Shown one piece after another: positions 13,986-25,597 of a stretch of 30,828 bases of DNA; the stretch's first letter is position 1, and the number at the start of each line of letters is the position of its first letter. The DNA is from Gaiellaceae bacterium (lineage in GTDB: Bacteria > Actinomycetota > Thermoleophilia > Gaiellales > Gaiellaceae). Location: contig DASQCM010000209.1 of the NCBI GenBank assembly GCA_035634675.1, forward strand, positions 1 through 30,828. The letters run 5' to 3'. The notes beneath the pieces are model-generated. The model did not search any database, was not told the origin of the DNA, and saw only the letters and a program-made list of their open reading frames with translations. The position numbers and the translations under genes were made by a program.

Positions 13986-14978
13986 TTAGGCATTTCTTCG
14001 AATACGTGCACCTGTTCGAATCCGCGGGTCGAGCCAAGCGTACGCAACGTCCACGATGAAGTTCATGAGGATCACCGCGAACGTAATGACGACGATGCAC
14101 CCCACGACGACCGGCACGTCGTCCCGCTGGGCCGCTCCGATGAGCTCGGAGCCGAGGCCGTGCAGGTTGAACACCTTCTCGATGAAGAGCGCGGCGCCGA
14201 ACGCGAGCGCGATGTCCATACCGAGCACCGTGACGACCGGCAGCATGCTGTTGCGCAAGATGTGGTGCACCACGACCCGACGGCCGGAGGCGCCTTTGGC
14301 CCGAGCGGTGCGGACGTAGTCCTCGCCGGCGATTTCGAGGATGCCGGCCCGGATCAGCCGAACGTAGAGCGCCGCGAAGAGGACCATGAAGCTCACCCAC
14401 GGCAGGATCAGGTGGTACGCCCAGTGGGCCGGGCCGTTGCACTCGCCTCCCGAGTGCGGGAAGAAGTTGCAGTAGTCGGAGATCGGCGTCCAGCCGAGCT
14501 TGAAGCCGAAGACGTAGGCCAGGATCAGGCCCAGGAAGAACGGCGGCATCGAGATGCCGACGAGCACGAACAGCATCGCGAGGCGGTCGAACAGCGAACG
14601 AGGCCTCAGCGCCGAGAGGATCCCGACCGGGATCGAGATCAGGAGCCAGAAGAACACACCGCCCAAGACGAGTGACGCGGTGACGCGCGCGTCCTGGCCG
14701 ATGATCCAGCGCACGGACGTGCCGTTCTGGAACGAGTAGCCGAGCGACTGGTGACGGATGATGTTCCAGACGAAGATCCAGTACTGCTGGTAGAAGGGCA
14801 CGTCCAGGTGCAGCTGGCTACGGATCTCCGCGAGCAGCGTCGGCGAAGCGGCGAGGCCGACCCCGGTTATCCGGGCCGGGTCGGCCGGGACGAGAAAGAA
14901 GATCACGTACACGATCAGGGTCGCCATGAAGAAGAGCCAGACGGCCCAGAAGATGCGCCCGATCAGGTAACGAATCAG
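13986..14978 (-). CDS. Opp/Dpp-type ABC permease, OppB-like paralog 2 (probable CTG start), about 330 aa
   Basis: EAA loop EDYVRTARAKG; LRNSMLPVVT; NFIVDVAYAWLDPRI. The N-terminus aligns with paralog 1 only if extended to CTG 14978, which follows GGAGAGG. Confidence 0.88.
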   Translation of the reverse strand: MIRYLIGRIFWAVWLFFMATLIVYVIFFLVPADPARITGVGLAASPTLLAEIRSQLHLDVPFYQQYWIFVWNIIRHQSLGYSFQNGTSVRWIIGQDARVTASLVLGGVFFWLLISIPVGILSALRPRSLFDRLAMLFVLVGISMPPFFLGLILAYVFGFKLGWTPISDYCNFFPHSGGECNGPAHWAYHLILPWVSFMVLFAALYVRLIRAGILEIAGEDYVRTARAKGASGRRVVVHHILRNSMLPVVTVLGMDIALAFGAALFIEKVFNLHGLGSELIGAAQRDDVPVVVGCIVVITFAVILMNFIVDVAYAWLDPRIRTGARIRRNA

Positions 14979-15038
14979 CGGAGCCGCCCTCTCCGGTTCA
15001 CATCCGACTTATACCGCCGGAAGGTCCGGCCGGATTCG

Positions 15039-15419
15039 TCAAAAAAAGTGCCGCGTCGGGTCGAAGCCGGCGCCGATGAACACGAGTGCGAGGCCGAACA
15101 GAAAGAGCCCGAAGGAGTTCCGCTTGGACTCGCTTCGCTCATCTGACGTCGCGCGCCGGACCGAGCGCGGGAGGAGGCCGCCGCGGACGCCGGGCGACGG
15201 ACCGTCCCGATCCTCTCCCCACTCGGGTCGCAACGGTCCCCGCACGCCGATGACGAAGCTGCCGATCAGGACGGCCACGCCGGCGACGTAGAAACCGACG
15301 GCGAGCGCGCGCAGCAGGTTGGCGCCGTCAAGCGCTCCGATGACGAGCGACACCACCGCTGTCAGGCTGACGACGACTGCGACGAGGACTGCTATCCGCC
15401 GGAGCGCTCCGCGGAGCAA
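15039..15419 (-). CDS. Small membrane protein inside the ABC operon, 126 aa
   Basis: Three hydrophobic segments; TTG start immediately after the OppF-like stop codon. Confidence 0.65.
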   Translation of the reverse strand: MLRGALRRIAVLVAVVVSLTAVVSLVIGALDGANLLRALAVGFYVAGVAVLIGSFVIGVRGPLRPEWGEDRDGPSPGVRGGLLPRSVRRATSDERSESKRNSFGLFLFGLALVFIGAGFDPTRHFF

Positions 15420-16471
<1,052 letters not shown>

Positions 16472-16475
<4 letters not shown>

Positions 16476-17503
16476 GCAGCGCTCCCTTCCGCCGCATCGA
16501 GCGCGGCCTTCTTCGCGTCCCAGATCCGGGCCCGATCCTCATCGGCGAGATGGCAGCGGAAGCTGTGGCCCTCGCCTACGACTCCGGCCCGCAGGTCCGG
16601 CAACTCCTCGCGGCAGCGGTCGAACACGTACGGGCAGCGCGGGTTGAAGGCGCAACCCTTCGGCGGCCGCAGCAGGGAGGGCGGCTGGCCCGGGATCTGC
16701 TCGAGGCGCTCTGCTGTGGCGTTGAGCCGCGGCAACGAGCCGAGCAGCCCCCAGGTGTACGGCATCTCGGGCTTGGCGAAGAGGTCGTGTACCTCCGCCT
16801 TCTCGACGACCCGCCCGCCGTACATCACGAGCACGTCGTCGGCGAGCTCCGCGACGACGCCGAGATCGTGCGTGATCATGATGATCGCCATCTCGTGCTC
16901 CTGCTGCAGCTTGATCATCAGCCGCAGGATCTGAGCCTGCGTCGTCACGTCGAGCGCCGTCGTCGGCTCGTCGGCGATCAGCACCTCCGGGTTGTTGATC
17001 AGCGCCATCGCGATCATGACGCGCTGGCGCATGCCGCCGGAGAACTGGTGGGGGTAGTCGTCGACCCGGGTGTCGGCGCGCGGGATCTCGACCTCCTTGA
17101 GGATGTCGACCGACCGGCGGCGCGCCTCTGCGCGCGTCACGTCGTTGTGCAGCATGACGGCCTCTTCGAGCTGCCAGCCGATCGTCTTGACCGGGTTGAG
17201 CGACGTCATCGGGTCCTGGAAGATCATCCCGATCCGCCGGCCGCGGATGCCCCGCATCTGCGACGTGCCCAGGCCGAGAATCTCGCTGCCGTCGAAGACG
17301 ACCGAGCCGGTCGTCTCCGTATGCCGCGGGTCGTTCAGGCCCATCACGGTCAGGAAGGTCACGCTCTTGCCGGATCCCGATTCGCCGACGACGCCGAGCG
17401 TCTTTCCCTTCTCGAGCGAGAAGCTCACGCCCGAGACGGCCTTGACGATTCCGTCGTCCGTCTGGAAGCGTGTGTGGAGATCGTTGACTTCGAGCAGCCC
17501 CAT
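16472..17503 (-). CDS. oppD: Oligopeptide ABC transporter ATP-binding protein, OppD/DppD-like, about 343 aa
   Basis: [38 protein letters not shown]. Start ATG 17503 (alternative GTG 17509); the ORF-track N-terminal extension is a shadow of the permease. Confidence 0.92.
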
Positions 17504-17505
17504 CG

Positions 17506-18480
17506 TCACTCGAGCCGAATTCTCGGGTCGAGCCACGCGTACGCGACATCGACGATGAAGTTGAAGATGATCACCGCGATGCACGCGAAGACGACTACTC
17601 CGACGACAACGGGCAGGTCGTCCTTGTTCGCCGACTGGATCAGCTCCGAACCGAGGCCTCGCAGCTGGAACACGGTCTCGGTGAAGACGGCGCCGCCGAG
17701 CGCGAGCCCGATGTCCATGCCGAGAATCGTCACGACCGGGAGCATGCTGTTGCGCAGCACGTGCTGCATCAGCACGCGCGAGCCGGGGGCCCCCTTCGCG
17801 CGCGCCGTCCGGACGTAGTCCTCCGACATCGTCTCCATCACGGTCGCCCGGATCAGGCGCACGTAGAGGGCGGCGAAGAGGAACATGAACGTCAGCCACG
17901 GCAAGATCAGGTGGTACGCCCACTGGGCGGGACCTGAGCATGAGCCGATCGTCCCGCTGCCCGGGATCAGGTTGCAGTAGCCGGCGATCGGGGTCCAGCC
18001 GAGCTTGAAGCCGACGATGTAGGCGAGGATTAGGCCGATCCAGACGGCCGGCGCGGAGATGCCAATCAGGACGAAGATCATCCCGAACCGGTCCATGAGT
18101 GACCGCGGCCGCAGGGCCGAAATGATCCCGATCGGGATCGAGATCGCAAGCCAGAAGACGGCGCCGCCGAATACGAGCGAGGCCGTAACCGGCGCGTCCT
18201 GACCGATGATCCAGCGCACGGAAACGCCGTTGACGTACGAGAAGCCGAGCGAGCCGTGGCGGACCAGGTTCCACATGAACAGCCAGTACTGCTGGTAGAT
18301 CGGCAGGTCGAGGTGGAGGCTGTGCCGGATGTGGACGATCTGCTGGGGCGTGCAGTGCGTCCCGCAGGCGATCGACGCCGGGTCGCTCGGTATGACGAAG
18401 AAGATGATGTAGGTGATGACCGTCGCGCAGAAGAACAGGAAGATGGCCCAGAGGAAGCGACGGATGAGGAAATAGACCAC
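17506..18480 (-). CDS. oppB: Opp/Dpp-type ABC permease, OppB-like paralog 1, 324 aa
   Basis: IPSDPA...LHLDLP N-terminal domain, EDYVRTARAKG EAA loop, LDPRI C-terminus. Confidence 0.9.
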   Translation of the reverse strand: MVYFLIRRFLWAIFLFFCATVITYIIFFVIPSDPASIACGTHCTPQQIVHIRHSLHLDLPIYQQYWLFMWNLVRHGSLGFSYVNGVSVRWIIGQDAPVTASLVFGGAVFWLAISIPIGIISALRPRSLMDRFGMIFVLIGISAPAVWIGLILAYIVGFKLGWTPIAGYCNLIPGSGTIGSCSGPAQWAYHLILPWLTFMFLFAALYVRLIRATVMETMSEDYVRTARAKGAPGSRVLMQHVLRNSMLPVVTILGMDIGLALGGAVFTETVFQLRGLGSELIQSANKDDLPVVVGVVVFACIAVIIFNFIVDVAYAWLDPRIRLE

Positions 18481-18504
18481 TGGTTCTGAAGTCTAGTTTG
18501 GGAG

Positions 18505-18541
18505 AACTCTGGAGGGGCGCGTGAAGCGCCCCTCCAGAGTT
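18505..18541 (-). terminator. Perfect 16-bp stem-loop between the SBP and permease genes (attenuator or mRNA-stabilising hairpin)
   Basis: AACTCTGGAGGGGCGC-gtgaa-GCGCCCCTCCAGAGTT; only a weak U-tract follows. Confidence 0.75.
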
Positions 18542-18565
18542 GATGCGATTCGGCTTGGTGCTTTC

Positions 18566-20242
18566 CTAGCCCACCGACATTGCGTTGAGGATCGGATAGC
18601 CGAAGTAGTTGTTGTAGATCACGTTCTTGACCCGCTTCGCGGTCAGGTACCGGAAGGTCGGGATGTAGAGCGGGAACGCCGGAGCGTACTTCGTCATCAA
18701 CGTCGCGTCGAGCTTGGCGTAGGCCTGGGCCCGAGCCGCACCGGACTTGTTCGACGCAGCGTCCATCTGCTTGTTGAACGCCGAGTTGTTGAAGTAGAAG
18801 TAGTTGACGTTGCCGGTTGCCGCGATCGAGCGACCATCGAAGTTCACGTTGATGAAGTCGAACGGATCGAAGTAATCGGCACACCAGCCCGAGTGGGCGA
18901 TGTTGTAGCTCGTGCCCTTCGTCTCGATCGGACCGTAGTAGTCGTTCGGGTCCGACGGCTGCAGATTCGCCTTCATGCCGATGTGCTGGATCTGCGACTG
19001 CATGAACTCAGCCTCGTTCGTGCGGAAGTGGCTCGCAGCGTTGTAGTAGATGTTGATGGCCGGCTGGTTGTTCAGCGCGGCTCCACCAACGGCCTTCGCC
19101 TTGGCGAAGTTCGGGAAGTTCCCATACGCCTTGAGCTTCTTGTAGCCGGCGAGGCCCGGGATCAGGATCTGATCGGACGACTTACCGGCATACGGGCCGA
19201 GCTGCTGGATGATCGGCGTGCGCCCGATCGCGTAGTTCAGCGCCTTGCGGACGTCCGCGTTGTTCGTCGGTGCCTTGGCGTTGTTGAACGCCTCCCAGAT
19301 GATGCAGGAGTTGTTCCCGACGTGGAACTGGCTCTTGTTCGGGCCGCCGTACTTCTTCGAAACCGTCGAGACGTCAGACGCCGGCACGCCGGCCATGTCG
19401 AAGTCCAGCTGGTTCTTTTCGATCTGGAGAAGCGCAGCCTCGCCATCCGAGTTCGGGAAGCTCTGGATCACGATCTGGTTCGGGTTGGCCAGGCGCTGAC
19501 CGTGGTAGAACTTGTTCCGCTTCAGCACGGTGGTCCGTCCGAGCTGGTTGCTCGCGATGTAGTACGGACCCGCCGACGGGTACTTGGTGATTCCACCCGA
19601 GCTCTTGGTGTACGCCATGTTCGGCTTGACTGCGCCGAACCACTGCATACCGAGAATCGAGGTGAACGTCGGGTTCGGCTTGACCAGGTGGAAGGTGAGC
19701 GTGAGCCCCTTCGCGCTGATGCCCGAGATATGGGCCGCCTTGCCGTCGGTGAACGCCTGCGCGCCGACGACCATCTTGTTCAGCTGGTCGAAGGTGCCGT
19801 ACTGCGCGTACATCTTCGGGCTCAGGATCCGCTCCCACGCCCGCGAATAGGACTTCGCAGTGACGGGCCCGCCGTCATTGAATTTGAGACCCTTCCGAAT
19901 CTGGAACGTGACCGTCTTGCCGTTCTTCGAGATCGTCGGGAACGACGTCGCGGCCTCCGGGAAGAGCTGGGTCCCGGCCTTGCCGGCCTTGTTCGGGAAG
20001 TTGACGAGCAGCAGCTGCGTCGAGTAGAGCACTTCCCAGTCGTTCGTGACGTACGCGAGGCCCGGGTCGAGCGTGTCGAACGCACCAGCCGACTGGGCCA
20101 CGTTGAGCGTGCCGCCGCGGAGCGACTTCGCGGAGCCGGACTTCTGCGTGGCAGAAGAGGCAACCCCGACGGTCGTCGCCGCGATGAGCAACGCAACTCC
20201 CGTGCACAACATCAGCAGGGAGAGCACATGCTTCCTGCGCAT
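18566..20242 (-). CDS. oppA: Family 5 (OppA/DppA-like) ABC substrate-binding protein, about 558 aa
   Basis: FDTLDPGLAY, TVTFQIRKGLKFNDG, SAGPYYI, VRKALNYAIGR, GWCADYFDP motifs; ATG 20242 preceded by GGAAGGAG. Confidence 0.9.
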   Translation of the reverse strand: MRRKHVLSLLMLCTGVALLIAATTVGVASSATQKSGSAKSLRGGTLNVAQSAGAFDTLDPGLAYVTNDWEVLYSTQLLLVNFPNKAGKAGTQLFPEAATSFPTISKNGKTVTFQIRKGLKFNDGGPVTAKSYSRAWERILSPKMYAQYGTFDQLNKMVVGAQAFTDGKAAHISGISAKGLTLTFHLVKPNPTFTSILGMQWFGAVKPNMAYTKSSGGITKYPSAGPYYIASNQLGRTTVLKRNKFYHGQRLANPNQIVIQSFPNSDGEAALLQIEKNQLDFDMAGVPASDVSTVSKKYGGPNKSQFHVGNNSCIIWEAFNNAKAPTNNADVRKALNYAIGRTPIIQQLGPYAGKSSDQILIPGLAGYKKLKAYGNFPNFAKAKAVGGAALNNQPAINIYYNAASHFRTNEAEFMQSQIQHIGMKANLQPSDPNDYYGPIETKGTSYNIAHSGWCADYFDPFDFINVNFDGRSIAATGNVNYFYFNNSAFNKQMDAASNKSGAARAQAYAKLDATLMTKYAPAFPLYIPTFRYLTAKRVKNVIYNNYFGYPILNAMSVG

Positions 20243-20342
20243 TTGACTCCTTCCATCGCGGGTCCGCTCGCCCTCACGAACGGCCCGGTTGAGGTGAGTG
20301 AGAGACACCAGCGACTACTGAGACGATTTCGTGTCGAAAGAG

Positions 20343-21401
20343 TTAGATCGTGCCGCGCGGGTCGAACGCGTCACGCAGGCCGTCGCCGAAGAGGTTGAAC
20401 GCGATCGTCGTGAAGAGGATGGCGAGGCCCGGGAAGATCAGGATCCAGACGTCGGTCTGGTAGAACGCCGGCGCCTGCGCAAGCAGGTTGCCCCAGCTAG
20501 GCGTCGGCGGCTTGATGCCCAGTCCGAGGAAGGAGAGGCCGGCCTCCGCGAGGATGTTCGTCGCGACGAGGATGGTCGAGTACACGATGATCGGCGCAAC
20601 GAGGTGCGGCAGGAGGTGCGAGCGCATGATTCGCCAATCGCTCGCCCCCGTCATCCGCGCAGCCTCGATGAACTCCTTCTCACGCAGCGAGAACGTGACC
20701 CCGCGCATGATCCTGGCCGGGTAGAACCAGCCGAACGCCGTGAGGATCAGGGACAGCTCGAAGACGCCGTTCGGCAGGAAGCCGAGCGTGATGGAGTTGA
20801 GCTTGTTCCCGGCGACGATCTGCAGCGCGATGATGAAGAGGAGGTACGGGAACACCATCACGATGTTGATCATCTGCGAGATGACCGTGTCGATCCAGCC
20901 GCGGAAATAGCCGGCGATGAGGCCCATCACGACGCCGATGAAAACCGAGCCGAGGGTGGCGAAGACGCCGACCTCGAGCGACACCTGCGCGCCGTAGAGG
21001 ATGCGCAGGAACATGTCGCGGCCGAGATTGTCGGCGCCGCCCATGACGAGGAAGGTGTGCCCGTACTGGTTCACGAGGGAGGCGGGCGGATGCTCTCCCG
21101 CGAAGTACGGCAAGGCGGGGATGTGCTTCCAGGGCCCGACGGGCACCGGGCCCGGGTACGTCACGCCGTAGCCGAACTGGGCGTCCGGCCCGTGGCCGAG
21201 CAGGTGAGCTGCAACCGGCGCGCCTATGAAGGCGGCGATGAAGAGGAAGATGATGAAGCCGACGCTGCCGAGCGCCAGCTTGTCGCGGCGGAAGCGGATC
21301 CAGACGAGCTCCCAGTAGCCGCGTGCCTTTACTGCCTCCGGCTCCTCCGGCACGTCGAGCGGAACATCGATGGTGGTCGGGGTGTCGACGCGTACAGTCA
21401 C
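20343..21401 (-). CDS. oppC: Opp/Dpp-type ABC permease, OppC-like, 352 aa
   Basis: FRRDKLA, GADNLGRD, EKEFIEAARMTGAS, EAGLSFLGLG...PSWG, FNLFGDGLRDAFDPR. Confidence 0.92.
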   Translation of the reverse strand: MTVRVDTPTTIDVPLDVPEEPEAVKARGYWELVWIRFRRDKLALGSVGFIIFLFIAAFIGAPVAAHLLGHGPDAQFGYGVTYPGPVPVGPWKHIPALPYFAGEHPPASLVNQYGHTFLVMGGADNLGRDMFLRILYGAQVSLEVGVFATLGSVFIGVVMGLIAGYFRGWIDTVISQMINIVMVFPYLLFIIALQIVAGNKLNSITLGFLPNGVFELSLILTAFGWFYPARIMRGVTFSLREKEFIEAARMTGASDWRIMRSHLLPHLVAPIIVYSTILVATNILAEAGLSFLGLGIKPPTPSWGNLLAQAPAFYQTDVWILIFPGLAILFTTIAFNLFGDGLRDAFDPRGTI

Positions 21402-21477
21402 AGCCGCGGGGGGGAAGGTATCTCAAAGGTGGCGTTGCTGCCACCCGTTCGTAGCATTTGGACGCTTGGCGCGGGCA

Positions 21478-23406
21478 TTAGTTAGGGAGTTGTTGGCTAC
21501 TCGCAAGCTGGGCAAACCAGTCGAGCGCTGCGGGGTTCGCGAGCGAGTCCCGGCTTGCGACCTCGTCCGCCGCCGCGCCCATCAGCAGCCGCTTCACCGG
21601 CACTTCGAGGATCTTCCCCGACAGCGTGCGGGGAATCTCCGGGGCGGCGACCACCTCGTCGGGGACGTGGCGCGGCGAGCAATCCTCGTGGATGCGGCGG
21701 CGGATCTCCGACTCGAGGCTCTCGTCGAGGGCTGAGCCATCGCGGAGGACGACGAACAGCGTCATTCGGCTGCCGTCGCCGGCGGGGACGTCCACGACGA
21801 GCGCGTCGAGGATCTCCTCGAGCGCGAGCACGCTGCGGTACAGCTCGCTCGTCCCCATCCGCACGCCACCGCGATTGATCGTCGCGTCAGACCGGCCGGT
21901 GATGATCGCCGTCCCTCGCGCGGTGATCTCGATCCAGTCTCCGTGCCGCCAGACGCCGGGGAAGGTCGAGAAGTAGCTCTCGCGGTAGCGCGACCCGTCC
22001 TCGTCGCCCCAGAGATAGAGAGGCATCGACGGCATCGGCTCGGTGATGACGAGCTCGCCGACCTCGCCGACCAGCGGCCGTCCGTCCTCGCTCCAGGCCT
22101 CGACGCTCGCTCCGAGCGCGCGCGCCTGCAGCTCGCCGCGGTAGACCGGCAGCGTCGGCACGCCGCCGACGAACGCGGTGCAGACGTCGGTGCCGCCGGA
22201 GGTGGAGAAGAGCCAGACGTCCTCGCCGAGGCGGTTGCGCACCCAGTCGAATCCCTCGGGAGCGAGCGGCGACCCCGTGGAGCCGACGCTGTCCAGGCGC
22301 GAGAGGTCGCGGCCGGCCTTCGGCTCCACGCCCGCCTTCTGGCAAGCCGCGATGTAGCCGGCGCTCGTTCCGAAGGTCGTGATCCCGGCCGCGTCGGAAA
22401 GATCCCAGAGTGTTCCGAGGTCCGGGTGGGCCGGATTCCCGTCGAAGAGGACGATCGAGGCCTCCGAGAGGAGGCCCCCGACGAGAAAGTTCCACATCAT
22501 CCAGCCCGTGGTCGTGAACCAGAAGAGCCGGTCGCCGGCCCGCGCGTCGAGGTGGAGGCGAAGCTTCTTCAGGTGCTCGAGGAGGATGCCGCCCTGGCCG
22601 TGCACGATCGCCTTCGGCAAGCCGGTCGTGCCGGAGCTGTAGAGCACCCAGAGCGGATGGTCGAAGGGGAGCTGCTCGGGCTCGAGTTCGGCGGTCGGCA
22701 GCTCCCAGTCGCCGCCGGCCAGATAGGGGAGCACGAACGTCCGCTCGAGTGTGGGCAGCTCTCGCTGTAGCTGCGCGATCGCCTCCGCGCGGTCGAAGTC
22801 CCTGCCGCCGTAGCGGTAGCCGTCGACGGCGAGGAGAACCTTCGGCTCGATCTGGGCGAAGCGGTCGACGACGCTGCGGACGCCGAACTCCGGCGCGCAG
22901 CTCGACCAGGTCGCGCCGATGCTCGCGCAGCCGAGGAAGGCCGCGACCGTCTCGGGGATGTTCGGGAGGTAGGCGGCGACGCGGTCGCCGGCCACGACGC
23001 CGGACTCGCGCAGCGCTGCCGCCACCGCCCCGGCGCGAGCTCGCAGCTCGCCCCACGTCCACTCGCCGAGCGGGCGTAGCTCCGAGGCGTGGCGGATCGC
23101 CACCTCGGAGTCATCGCGGCCGCGGAAGACGTGCTCCGCGTAGCTCAGTCGTGCGCCGGGGAACCAGTCCGCGCCGGGCATCTCGCGCGTCGTGAGCACG
23201 CGCACGTACGGCTCGCTCGCCTGGACCTCGAAGAACTCCCAGATCGATCCCCAGAAGCCGTCCAGCTCGTCGACCGACCATTGCCACAGGTCGGGATAGC
23301 CCTCGAGCTCGAGGCCGCGCGTCTCGTTCAGCCACTCGCGGTAGCGCGTGATCGTGGCGGACGCGATGCGCTCGGGGCTCGGCGTCCAGACGATCGGCGG
23401 CTCCAT
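21478..23406 (-). CDS. acsA: Acetoacetate--CoA ligase, 642 aa
   Basis: YSSGTTGLPKAIVHG, FTTTGWMMWN, SGGTDVC, WRHGD, GRSDATINRGGVRMG, PRTLSGKILEVPVK. Confidence 0.9.
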   Translation of the reverse strand: MEPPIVWTPSPERIASATITRYREWLNETRGLELEGYPDLWQWSVDELDGFWGSIWEFFEVQASEPYVRVLTTREMPGADWFPGARLSYAEHVFRGRDDSEVAIRHASELRPLGEWTWGELRARAGAVAAALRESGVVAGDRVAAYLPNIPETVAAFLGCASIGATWSSCAPEFGVRSVVDRFAQIEPKVLLAVDGYRYGGRDFDRAEAIAQLQRELPTLERTFVLPYLAGGDWELPTAELEPEQLPFDHPLWVLYSSGTTGLPKAIVHGQGGILLEHLKKLRLHLDARAGDRLFWFTTTGWMMWNFLVGGLLSEASIVLFDGNPAHPDLGTLWDLSDAAGITTFGTSAGYIAACQKAGVEPKAGRDLSRLDSVGSTGSPLAPEGFDWVRNRLGEDVWLFSTSGGTDVCTAFVGGVPTLPVYRGELQARALGASVEAWSEDGRPLVGEVGELVITEPMPSMPLYLWGDEDGSRYRESYFSTFPGVWRHGDWIEITARGTAIITGRSDATINRGGVRMGTSELYRSVLALEEILDALVVDVPAGDGSRMTLFVVLRDGSALDESLESEIRRRIHEDCSPRHVPDEVVAAPEIPRTLSGKILEVPVKRLLMGAAADEVASRDSLANPAALDWFAQLASSQQLPN

Positions 23407-23415
23407 GCGCGACCG

Positions 23416-23440
23416 ATCGTAGTCGGGCCGTCGCTAAGGT
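23416..23440. promoter_or_regulatory. Back-to-back -10-like elements for leaderless acsA (-) and gltA (+)
   Basis: TACGAT (minus, 23416-21) 9 nt before ATG 23406; TAAGGT (plus, 23435-40) 6 nt before GTG 23447; no SD before either gene. Confidence 0.55.
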
Positions 23441-23446
23441 CAGCCG

Positions 23447-24694
<1,248 letters not shown>

Positions 24695-24712
<18 letters not shown>

Positions 24713-25597
24713 CTCCTCCCGTTGTCCCGGCGTCAACGGGTCGGCCAAAGCGGCGAGCGCCGGACGCAGGTGCTCCGGGCGGCGCGGGCCCACGACGACC
24801 GAGACACGACGGTCGCCGAGCAACCACGCGAACGCCAGCGTGGCCGGGTTTCCTCTGCGTTCGAGCTGCTCGAGTGCGTTGTACACACGGTCGTCCCGGA
24901 GGTGCTCATACGGGCCGGGGCGCATCGTCATCCGCGAGCCCTCCGGCGCCTCAGCGTCGCGGCGGTACTTTCCGGTCAGCCAGCCGCCCGCGAGAGGGCT
25001 GAACGCTTGGAACCAGACGTGCATCTCCGCGGAGAGGGGAAGCACGTCGCGCTCGACCTCACGGTCGAGCAGCGAGTACGAGTTCTGGACAGCGCCGACG
25101 TTCCCGAGGCCGAGTACCCGCCGGAGCTGCGCCGCGTCGACGTTGCTGAACCCGTAGGCGCCGATCTTGCCTCCCGCGACGAGCTCGTCGAACACGCCGA
25201 CGACTTCGGCCACCGGCACGTCGGGGTCCCAGTCGTGGGCGAGGTAGAGGTCGACGCGCTCGACGCCGAGCCGCCTTAGGCTCGAGTCGATCTGCCGTCG
25301 CACGCGCGCCGGCGCCAGTCCGTGATCCTCGCCCTCGTTCATCGGGTTGAAGGTCTTCGTCGTTAGCCGCAGCCCGTGGTGGCGACGCGAGCGGATCCAC
25401 TCCCCGATGTACGTCTCGCTACGGCCGCCGCCGTATGCATCCGCGGTGTCGAACCACGTGATGCCTTTGGCCCAGGCCGCGTCCATGAGCTCGAAGGCCT
25501 GCTCTTTGGTCTCGCCCCGGCCGAAGAAGGCGGGCGCGGAGCCGATGCCACCGAAGTTGCCACAGCCGAGGATTAGGCGAGGGTAGGCTCGGTCCAT
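24695..25597 (-). CDS. Aldo/keto reductase, about 300 aa
   Basis: LGCGNFG, FDTADAYG (Asp/Tyr), LTTK, YLAH, QNSYSLL, SPLAGGWLTGKY; start at ATG 25597. Confidence 0.88.

Noticed and set aside
15008-15042. TTGACG and TATAAG as a sigma-A -35/-10 pair for oppB2
   Set aside because: The spacer is 23 nt, and the TTGACG/T-run is simply the Phe-Phe-stop end of the upstream gene. The -10 alone may still be real.
21408-21414. G7 tract upstream of oppC as a phase-variation switch
   Set aside because: A 7-nt G run is unremarkable at this GC content, and there is no evidence of length variation.
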